This document shows positions 56,395 to 64,000 of a stretch of 64,000 nucleotides of DNA, in pieces. Source of the stretch: a virus (taxonomy: Duplodnaviria; Caudoviricetes); the IMG/VR virus record IMGVR_UViG_3300024262_005408, positions 1,912 to 65,911 of that record; one strand, written 5' to 3'. The first letter of the stretch is position 1. Every line of letters starts with the position of its first letter. The notes beneath the pieces are model-generated. The model did not search any database and had not been told where the DNA came from. It worked only from the letters and a program-made list of their open reading frames with translations. The position numbers were made by a program, and so were the translations under genes.

Positions 56395-56433
56395 ATATTC
56401 ATTGACACTTACGTGGAGTGAATAAATAATATT

Positions 56434-57156
56434 GTGGCCGATATACCAACGTTCAGAGATTTAATTAGAGCAACAAATCCTGGCCCTAGACTTGGCTCTG
56501 AATGGGCAAAAGTTAACATTCATGGGATACCTGAACCAGCTGCACCTACCCCTACCCCTACTTATACCCCTACTACAACAAGAACACCAACACAAACACC
56601 AACAGTTACTAAATCTAAAACTAATACAGTTACACCAACCATTACATATTCGGTTACTAATACAACTTCAAGAACCGGTACACCTTTAATAACAGCAACA
56701 AGAACATATACAAGAACTCAAAGCCCAACTCAATCAGCTACACAAACAAAAACACCCACACGAACTAGAACAGAAACACCCACACAAACTAGAACCCCCA
56801 CACAAACTCAAACATTTACCGTATCAATTACCGTAACACCAACTCAATCTCCTACCAATACACAAACAAATACACAGACAGCTACACAATCACGAACAGC
56901 TTCACAAACACCGACAAGAACGCAATCGCCTACGTATACCGCTGTAGCGTCAGGGTTTTTTACACCTACACCCACACTAACACGGTCTAATACACCTACT
57001 AATACTCAGACACCAACTCAGACACGTACGGAATCAAAACCGATTATAACACTCACACCAACTTGGACAAAATCAAGAACCTCTACACAAACGAGAACAA
57101 GAACTAAATCTATTACACAGACTGTTACTCAATCTAAAACGGAAATCACAACCTAA
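56434..57156 (+). CDS. Second mucin-like Thr-x repeat protein
   Basis: About 200 aa of PTPTPT/TQT/TRT repeats after a 35 aa head; TAAATA at 56423; TAATG-coupled to the portal gene. Confidence 0.7.
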   Translation: MADIPTFRDLIRATNPGPRLGSEWAKVNIHGIPEPAAPTPTPTYTPTTTRTPTQTPTVTKSKTNTVTPTITYSVTNTTSRTGTPLITATRTYTRTQSPTQSATQTKTPTRTRTETPTQTRTPTQTQTFTVSITVTPTQSPTNTQTNTQTATQSRTASQTPTRTQSPTYTAVASGFFTPTPTLTRSNTPTNTQTPTQTRTESKPIITLTPTWTKSRTSTQTRTRTKSITQTVTQSKTEITT

Positions 57157-58961
57157 TGGCTAAAGAAGATCAAATAATTGAAGAAGGTAAAGGCAATCAA
57201 GGAACGTTTGGACGTTCTTTAATGAAATTTGTACAGAGTAGATTACCTTATCAATCTTATGAAACACTCGACACTCTTGCATCGGTAAACCCAAAATACA
57301 AACTTTTTCAAAATCAAGGAAGTAAAAGAGAAGATGCTTTACAAAGACAATCTATTTCGTCATCAACCATCATTAACAATAATGCTGTTGGTGATATTGC
57401 AATGGATAAAGGGTTTCAAGATTTCATGTATGCTAATATCCAGCAGGATAAAGCAGCAAGAATAAGAGACTATAGAGTAATGGCAGCATTTGCTGAAGTT
57501 GGGGATGCTCTTGATGAAATTTGCGATGAAATTATTAATACGGATAATGAAGGTAGAGTAGTTACATTATCTTTTAGAGATAGAGTATTTAAACCACACG
57601 AACAAGAACAAATACAAGGAGAATTTCAAAAGTTTGTTCAATACTTTGATTTAGATCACCAAGGTTGGGAATATTTTAGACAACTTTTAACAGAAGGTGA
57701 AGTTTATTGGGAACATATCATACACAAAGAACACCCTCATGAAGGTATCTTAGGTGTAGTTCAAGTACCTACAGAATTAATAGATCCAATTTTTGGTAAC
57801 ATTCAAAATTCAATAGTTCAGGGGTATCTTTTAAGAAAGCCAGTATTTAATGAATCGAATCCTACAAAGGTAGAAGATATGCAACTGGTACCTATGGACA
57901 AGAACCAAGTTACTTATGTTAATTCTGGTATATGGAACGATAATAAAACAATAAGATTACCGTTTTTAGAAAATGCAAGAAGAGCTTATAGACAGTTATC
58001 ACTAATAGAAGATGCAATTGTAATTTATAGATTAGTTAGAGCTCCAGAAAAATTAGTTTTTAATGTTGATGTTGGTAACATGTCACCTCCAAAAGCTGAA
58101 GCTTACTTAAGAAATCTTCAACAAAAATATTGGAGCAGACACACATATGATACAGATGGAGACGGTACAGTGCAGAAATTTTCTCCTCAATCTATGCTTG
58201 ATTCATTCTGGTTTGCTAAGAGAGCAGGAAGCGAAGGTACAGATGTAAGAACATTAGCCGGTGGTCAGAATTTAGGTGAGTTAGAAGATTTAATGTATTT
58301 CTTAAAGAAGTTATACAAATCTCTAAAGGTACCTGTTACAAGATTAGACCCCGAGAGAGCTTTTCAAGACGGTACAGAAATATTAAGAGAAGAATTAAAA
58401 TTTGCCCGGTTTATTATTAGAATGCAATCACATTTCGCCGCCGGGTTAAAAAATGGGTTTATTACTCATTTAAAGCTGAAAAAAATATGGGAAAAATATA
58501 ATTTAAAAGAACTTCAATTAAATTTAAATTTTAATGTTCCTACTAACTTCTTTGAAATGCGTGAGCAGCAGAAGTTGGATTTAAGAATTAATAACTACAC
58601 TCAAGTGGGTGGTAATGAATATATTTCTAACACATGGGCACAAAAGAAATATTTAGATTGGTCAGATATTGAAGTAAAAGCAAATAGAGAATTTTTAAGA
58701 AGAGATAAAGAACTTGCTTGGGAATTAATGCAAATAGAACAAGCTGGTCCTAATTGGAGAGAACAAATGACACAAGCAGCAGAAGGTGAAGAAGGGGGTG
58801 GTGAAGGATTAGAACCCGGGTTGGGTGCTACTGGATCAGCTATTCCTAATCCATCAGCTCCGCCAGATTTTGGACCCCCACCAGAAGGTGGAGGGCCTGA
58901 AGTAACTGGAGGTGCAGGAGATGTTCCAGTAGCTCCTGACGCAGAAGCTGGTGCGACATAA
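57156..58961 (+). CDS. gp20: Portal protein (T4 gp20-like)
   Basis: IEDAIVIYRLVRAPEKLVFNVDVGNM, KAEAYL, FWFAKR, TLAGGQNLGELED, ILREELKF. Confidence 0.96.
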   Translation: MAKEDQIIEEGKGNQGTFGRSLMKFVQSRLPYQSYETLDTLASVNPKYKLFQNQGSKREDALQRQSISSSTIINNNAVGDIAMDKGFQDFMYANIQQDKAARIRDYRVMAAFAEVGDALDEICDEIINTDNEGRVVTLSFRDRVFKPHEQEQIQGEFQKFVQYFDLDHQGWEYFRQLLTEGEVYWEHIIHKEHPHEGILGVVQVPTELIDPIFGNIQNSIVQGYLLRKPVFNESNPTKVEDMQLVPMDKNQVTYVNSGIWNDNKTIRLPFLENARRAYRQLSLIEDAIVIYRLVRAPEKLVFNVDVGNMSPPKAEAYLRNLQQKYWSRHTYDTDGDGTVQKFSPQSMLDSFWFAKRAGSEGTDVRTLAGGQNLGELEDLMYFLKKLYKSLKVPVTRLDPERAFQDGTEILREELKFARFIIRMQSHFAAGLKNGFITHLKLKKIWEKYNLKELQLNLNFNVPTNFFEMREQQKLDLRINNYTQVGGNEYISNTWAQKKYLDWSDIEVKANREFLRRDKELAWELMQIEQAGPNWREQMTQAAEGEEGGGEGLEPGLGATGSAIPNPSAPPDFGPPPEGGGPEVTGGAGDVPVAPDAEAGAT

Positions 58962-58970
58962 ATAATATAA

Positions 58971-59246
58971 ATGGCATATCAACCTATAGGTACAATAAAA
59001 GGTTACTTTGAGAAAGGCGACGTTCCTTCACAAAGCAATTTTAACGATTTAATTGATTCATCTTATAACGCCACGTCGGGTATTGGTATCGAAACCGGTT
59101 TCGCTAATCTCAGTACCGTTTCTTTAAGCGCTGGAGAAATTTACATCAATTCTTTAATGGGATCTACTCAATCATTGACATTAAGTACCCAATCCGGTAA
59201 TGTAACGTTAACTATAACTAACGGAATTATCACAAATATTGCATAA
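58971..59246 (+). CDS. Small virion-associated protein
   Basis: YFEKGDVPSQSNFNDLIDS motif of the kind seen at N-termini of fibre-associated proteins; ITNGIIT; TAAATA at 58959. Confidence 0.5.
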   Translation: MAYQPIGTIKGYFEKGDVPSQSNFNDLIDSSYNATSGIGIETGFANLSTVSLSAGEIYINSLMGSTQSLTLSTQSGNVTLTITNGIITNIA

Positions 59247-59288
59247 TTAACTTGATCTTTATGGTTTTCTATTTTAAATAGTATTATC

Positions 59289-59990
59289 ATGAGTTGGTTT
59301 AGTTTCTTTCAAAAAAAGCAAAAAAATAAAAAATATATTATTAAAGACGATTCTGAATCTAAGACACACACAGTTACAGAATTAGTTAAAATAATAAAAT
59401 CGAATAAAGGGTACACTTCTTCTCCTTATAGCAAAAAATATATAAAACCAGATTCCACACAACACGAATATGTACCTATTAAAACAACATTTTCAAATGA
59501 ATCGGTTCCTTTAGCGAAACCGAAAGAAGAAGAAAACATTCATGCGCGTGTTCCCGAGATGGTGGTAATTGAATCTGTAAAGGGTGATAAAATAGATTAC
59601 TATGAAACGCGAAAATTAGTGAAGAAAAAAGAAGTCGATGTTGTAGAACCAAAACAGTATAAAAAGGAAAACAGACAAAAGGTAATTGCAACTATAGAAG
59701 AAGAAATCGAAGTAGTTGAACCAGAAAAAAATGACGTTATTCAAGACTTTATTTTGCCTAAAGACGGAAAAATTTTTGTAATGAACGGCTATGGATTAAA
59801 TGTAAAGTGTAACGAACAAGAAGTAGTTGCATATATAGACACTGGGGTGGATGTAAATATAGATAAGGGGCAAGAAGTTTTATTGCATCATTGGGGGGGC
59901 CCATATGACAAAAAGAGAGGCACCGTACTTAGTGGTACTGATACAGAAAGAACCGGCGCAGTGGAAGAAATACTAATTCAAAATGTCTGA
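59289..59990 (+). CDS. Hypothetical protein
   Basis: 233 aa ORF; TAAATA at 59275. Confidence 0.55.
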   Translation: MSWFSFFQKKQKNKKYIIKDDSESKTHTVTELVKIIKSNKGYTSSPYSKKYIKPDSTQHEYVPIKTTFSNESVPLAKPKEEENIHARVPEMVVIESVKGDKIDYYETRKLVKKKEVDVVEPKQYKKENRQKVIATIEEEIEVVEPEKNDVIQDFILPKDGKIFVMNGYGLNVKCNEQEVVAYIDTGVDVNIDKGQEVLLHHWGGPYDKKRGTVLSGTDTERTGAVEEILIQNV

Positions 59991-60207
59991 AATAAACGGT
60001 CACCATATTATCTACTATATTTTAAATAAAAGTGATGCAAAGAAACGCATCATCGCCGTAACTAAAGAAACAAAAACGTATATTCACGGAATATGTATCT
60101 ATAGTGAAGACCCAAAAAAGTTAAATAAAAATGTTAAGCTTCAAAAGGATATTGTTAGTGAATTCATTGATGAGTATGATTTTACTAAAACTTTATCTTT
60201 AGATTGA
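59983..60207 (+). CDS. Hypothetical protein
   Basis: 74 aa ORF overlapping the upstream stop. Confidence 0.5.
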   Translation: MSEINGHHIIYYILNKSDAKKRIIAVTKETKTYIHGICIYSEDPKKLNKNVKLQKDIVSEFIDEYDFTKTLSLD

Positions 60208-60231
60208 AGTAATAAGAATAAATATTGTCAT

Positions 60232-62424
60232 ATGCCGACGGTAGATGTAGCTAAAATCAAAATCAGGAGAGGCAGTAACACTGATAGGAAATTAATAATT
60301 CTCGACTCCGGTGAATTAGGTTACACTATTGATACTAATCGTGTTTATGTCGGTAACGGTACTTTAAAAGGTGGTAGTTCGGTAGGAACGTTCAATTTTA
60401 ACAATTTAACAAGAGCTAACATATCAGTAAAAAATAAAGCTGAAGTTGGTGATTTAGTTTTTGATAATTATATATTATATTCTCTAAGTGGGTCAGACCC
60501 CTCTTTAACGGCGTCTTGGATGCGTTTAACCCCTAACGTCGATGGTACTACAATACAATATAATACAGACCACCAACTAGAGGTTCTTACTTCAGGTATA
60601 GTTACAGCCGGGAATGGGATAGACGTAACTGGTGATGTAGTTAGTATAGATTTTGATAATGATGCTAACACAGCACAAATGTTCATCCCAGGAGCCGGTG
60701 GCGCTGCTACGGCTCAATTAACTGTTAACCCAGATGGTGCTTTAACTGACGATTCACATGGAGCTATAAATTATAAACCAACTGGTACAGCAGCCGGTGT
60801 TAACCACCATACTGAAGCAGTAGCTCCTTCTCAAGGTACTGCCGCATACGGGTTCTTTACCCCGTTAAGTGCACAAAAGCTATTATTCGCTCCAGAGTGG
60901 GATCATTATACAAGCACAACCGGAACAACTGCTGAACAAATCGGCGGTAACCGTACAATGCAAGTAATAAATGACGGTACAATTCAAATTAATTCTGCTA
61001 GATTGGATATGGGTGCAGTAGTAACCCAAAATGCTATACAAGCTCAAGCGGTCACTAAAACTACAGGACAAGGTGCTGCTACCACTGGTAGTATTTCTGC
61101 TGTAGATATGATGACCCCTTGGAATTTTTTTAATAGGGAAGATATACCAGGTTCGATTCTTAGAACTGCAATTCCTGCTGCTAATATCGACAACAAGGGG
61201 GAATATGCTAACTTTACAATAACAAATGTGGGTGCAGGACCCACTCAATGGGAAGATAGAGCATTTTTATTGCCTGGTGGTAATGGTGTAATCTATGGTA
61301 TTTTTATTGAAAGCACTTCTTCAATATATGATGATATTATAGAAACATATCCTATGGTTAATTGGTCTAGCGCAACTTATAGTGCTACCGGTAACACTAT
61401 AAGAGCAAATATAATTGGTATAATTAATAGTATAACCAATACGAATGGTGAGAGAATATTTGACGCATGGCAGAAATTAGATCTGTCAGACCCCACAGTA
61501 TACATTCAAGGGCTAGTTAAAGGTAAAACACCATCATGGACTGCCGGTTCACCTGCTGATTCTTTTGCCCAATCCGGTTTAGATGCAGCTTTATATAGAG
61601 TAGGTCAAACACCTGCAGTAATTTTTTCGAATACAGCAACATCAATTGACTATAATGGTGGTACCCCTACCTCAACTTCTACCGGGAACAACGCCGGTAA
61701 TGGTACAACAGGAAAAGTTGGTGTTGGTATGTATGGTTGGGTGTGTATGAACACTCAGGGAAGTAACACGTTTCAAGAAACGCTTTGTAGTACAGGAATG
61801 TTTGCTAAGCACACTATAGCTCAATTTCCTGAAACAACCACTCCAGAATTAACAAATGGAGAATACTTTTTAATATATGACGCAAATTATAACAGGCATT
61901 GTGTATGGTACCGATACCCGGAAACCGCCCCTGAACTTATACCTGATATATCAAATAATGAAATACACAGAGGGAGAAAAACGAATTTTATAAAAGTTGA
62001 AGTGGACGCCGGAAGAACCTCAGACCAAGTAGCAAGTATGACTTATGATGCATTATTAGCAAATTCGGAATTTGTGGATGTTTATACACCTACTTGGTCT
62101 ACACCGACATTAACTTTAGAATCATCTATTGTTGGTTGGACAGACGGAATAATAAAAAGACAAGGTAATTTCCCAGGTTGTAATGTTCCAGCAGCTACTC
62201 CTATACAATTTATTTCTAACATTACAGGTCTTTCAGGTGAACCAAATGTACAATCACTAAATGCTGCGTTTTATAATTCGTGGCAAACCGGGTCGACTGG
62301 TACCGATTTACCGACAAATGGCCAAATATTTATACCACAGGTTGGTGCTGAAACTATTACAGTATTTGAAACTAACGGTACATCAAGTTCTACAACTGTA
62401 GGAACATTATTAAAATTTAGATAA
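60232..62424 (+). CDS. Tail-fibre/appendage-like structural protein
   Basis: N-terminal KIKIRRG...LDSGELGYTIDTNRVYVGNG anchor module, AGNGIDVTG repeats, T/G/S-rich; TAAATA at 60219. Confidence 0.7.
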   Translation: MPTVDVAKIKIRRGSNTDRKLIILDSGELGYTIDTNRVYVGNGTLKGGSSVGTFNFNNLTRANISVKNKAEVGDLVFDNYILYSLSGSDPSLTASWMRLTPNVDGTTIQYNTDHQLEVLTSGIVTAGNGIDVTGDVVSIDFDNDANTAQMFIPGAGGAATAQLTVNPDGALTDDSHGAINYKPTGTAAGVNHHTEAVAPSQGTAAYGFFTPLSAQKLLFAPEWDHYTSTTGTTAEQIGGNRTMQVINDGTIQINSARLDMGAVVTQNAIQAQAVTKTTGQGAATTGSISAVDMMTPWNFFNREDIPGSILRTAIPAANIDNKGEYANFTITNVGAGPTQWEDRAFLLPGGNGVIYGIFIESTSSIYDDIIETYPMVNWSSATYSATGNTIRANIIGIINSITNTNGERIFDAWQKLDLSDPTVYIQGLVKGKTPSWTAGSPADSFAQSGLDAALYRVGQTPAVIFSNTATSIDYNGGTPTSTSTGNNAGNGTTGKVGVGMYGWVCMNTQGSNTFQETLCSTGMFAKHTIAQFPETTTPELTNGEYFLIYDANYNRHCVWYRYPETAPELIPDISNNEIHRGRKTNFIKVEVDAGRTSDQVASMTYDALLANSEFVDVYTPTWSTPTLTLESSIVGWTDGIIKRQGNFPGCNVPAATPIQFISNITGLSGEPNVQSLNAAFYNSWQTGSTGTDLPTNGQIFIPQVGAETITVFETNGTSSSTTVGTLLKFR

Positions 62425-62425
62425 A

Positions 62426-63682
62426 ATGGCAAGTATTGAAATAACCGAAAATACAGTAATACGTAATTTAATTCGTAAAGGCACTAATGCTGACAGAGAA
62501 ACTATTACTTTGGCAAGTGGTGAATTAGGGTTTTCTACTGATAGTGAGCGAGTGTTCATCGGAAATGGTACAGCTCAAGGGGGTACAGCAGCAGGGGATT
62601 ATTTAGTTGTTGGTAATAAATTTCTTGGTGAAATTGGGTCCTTTTCAGATGCAAATGCATTACCTGGAGATATTTTTAAATTAGGGGGAAGTCTATATGC
62701 TAGAAATACAGATTATTCAGGAAGTACATCGGACGCAACCGGTTATACTTTATTAGGTTCATCTTTTTCTACAGGTAATGGGTTAGAGTTAACAAGTGAA
62801 ACTTTAAGTGTCAAGATTGATTCTTCCGGAAAATTAGCTTTTACAAGTGACGGTTCTTTAACATTAGGTACTGTTGCTTTATCAGATTTAACTACTATAG
62901 ATGCAAATACGTTACTTGGTAATTTTACCACTGGTTCTTCTGTACCTCAAGCTGTGGCTGTAGGTGGTAATAGCGTGATGGGAAGACAATCTACCTCAAC
63001 ACTAGGGAGTGTAACGTTTGATCAGATACTATTGGGTGCAGATGGAACAGGTACAGCTACATTAAAACCAACAGTATCAGGATTAACAATTACTGAATTA
63101 GCCGGTGTTGGTGATAGTCCAATTGTTGCTGACGCTAGTGGAACGCTTTCTAGACCACCAGCTGGTGGTAATACATTTACACAATGGACTTACTACGATA
63201 GACCTTATCAAATTTTTGGTGCGACAAATGCCTCAGGATCTACTTCTGTAGGTTCTTTAGGTTCTACCATTAGTACTGATGGTACGCAGATTGACATAAA
63301 TCCTTGGGTACCTACATCGGGATTAACCATGCCTGCAGGTGTTAAAGCTGTAATTGTATACGGTACTATCGACACCACTGTACAGCCAACGGGTGGTGGT
63401 GTTAGAGCTCTTGGGCCCCAAAACCGAAAAAAGAAGCAAGGTGTGACTGTATTTTCTACATTAGGTACTACAGATACTAACTATCAAATGATTTTTACCG
63501 CCGGTGCTGGTGAAGAAGATGATGGTAAATATGAGATGGCCTCCGGTAGTGGACAAATACCCGTTATATTAAATGCATCTGGTAATTTCAAAATAGGGAG
63601 TTACGGGTGGCAGGACCATGACTATGAGCTTAGTAATACTACTTGGTACATTAAGTTGTATTTAGTTGGATATTGCTTATAA
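62426..63682 (+). CDS. Second fibre-like protein with a paralogous anchor module
   Basis: LIRKG...LASGELGFSTDSERVFIGNG, TGNGLELT; ends LVGYCL. Confidence 0.7.
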   Translation: MASIEITENTVIRNLIRKGTNADRETITLASGELGFSTDSERVFIGNGTAQGGTAAGDYLVVGNKFLGEIGSFSDANALPGDIFKLGGSLYARNTDYSGSTSDATGYTLLGSSFSTGNGLELTSETLSVKIDSSGKLAFTSDGSLTLGTVALSDLTTIDANTLLGNFTTGSSVPQAVAVGGNSVMGRQSTSTLGSVTFDQILLGADGTGTATLKPTVSGLTITELAGVGDSPIVADASGTLSRPPAGGNTFTQWTYYDRPYQIFGATNASGSTSVGSLGSTISTDGTQIDINPWVPTSGLTMPAGVKAVIVYGTIDTTVQPTGGGVRALGPQNRKKKQGVTVFSTLGTTDTNYQMIFTAGAGEEDDGKYEMASGSGQIPVILNASGNFKIGSYGWQDHDYELSNTTWYIKLYLVGYCL

Positions 63683-63689
63683 TAATTTT

Positions 63690-63926
63690 ATGCCTAACAC
63701 ATCATCATCAGTATTTTCAGGAGCAACAGATAGAGCTGATATTCTTTTGAAAGAAGTAGCAGGAGACGAAATAGACGGATGCGTTTCTTGTGGAACTAAC
63801 ACTCCTTACAAAAAAAACACACACATTGACTTAAGAGAACATTATGTCGAAGGTGCTGGTCAACTTTGTAAGAAATGTTGGGACCAAACTTACTCAAAAG
63901 GAGATGGCGGACTATTACTTGGATAA
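63690..63926 (+). CDS. Small Cys-containing hypothetical protein
   Basis: CVSCG...YVEGAGQLCKKC; likely start MPNT at 63690. Confidence 0.55.
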   Translation: MPNTSSSVFSGATDRADILLKEVAGDEIDGCVSCGTNTPYKKNTHIDLREHYVEGAGQLCKKCWDQTYSKGDGGLLLG

Positions 63927-64000
63927 AGAATGGTGTCTTAAAAATAAAGACACTATTCAACAACTATCTGATTCACCAGAAAATTTTATAAAATTTTTTG
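63904..64000 (+). CDS. Partial CDS running off the window end
   Basis: MADYYLDKEWCLKNKDTIQQLSDSPENFIKFL... open to the end. Confidence 0.45.
   Translation, partial: MADYYLDKEWCLKNKDTIQQLSDSPENFIKFF

Noticed and set aside
1-64000. tRNA/rRNA genes, stop-codon reassignment, DGR or retron elements
   Set aside because: Intergenic gaps are mostly under about 110 bp with no cloverleaf seen; core genes are full length under the standard code; no reverse transcriptase or template/variable repeat pair was recognised

Overview
64 kb of an AT-rich, densely coding, large T4-like (myovirus-type) phage genome, read with the standard genetic code. All functional calls come from motif recognition by eye; no database searches were run. 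Core genes: family B DNA polymerase (gp43), gp46/gp47, late sigma factor gp55, UvsW, UvsY, gp62-like clamp-loader subunit, GroES-like co-chaperonin, DinG-type helicase, tail terminator gp15, portal gp20 and tail-fibre-like proteins. Accessory content: (i) about 20 glycan-related genes (GT2, GT4-, GT7C-, GT10-, GT11-, GT34- and HtrL-like enzymes, two sulfotransferases, a methyltransferase, KdsC, a nucleotidyltransferase), plus two mucin-like Thr-x repeat proteins and a trypsin-like protease between gp15 and the portal; (ii) dispersed 7-deazaguanine genes (folE, queD, queE) with DUF366-like, DUF5664-like dNTPase and P-loop kinase genes; (iii) about 13 proteins with T4-type capsid-targeting-like N-termini, including a KxDG ligase-like enzyme, a PD-(D/E)xK nuclease-like protein, a nucleotidyltransferase and a retropepsin-like protease; (iv) host-like membrane genes, an Hc1-like protein missing from the ORF track, phoH, ppa, a 2OG oxygenase and GIY-YIG endonucleases. 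Two promoter classes (TTGAnn-16 bp-TATAAT and TAAATA) sit only a few nt upstream of start codons, which implies near-leaderless mRNAs. An exact 17-bp motif occurs three times between 7.5 and 12.9 kb. I saw no tRNA, rRNA or CRISPR array.
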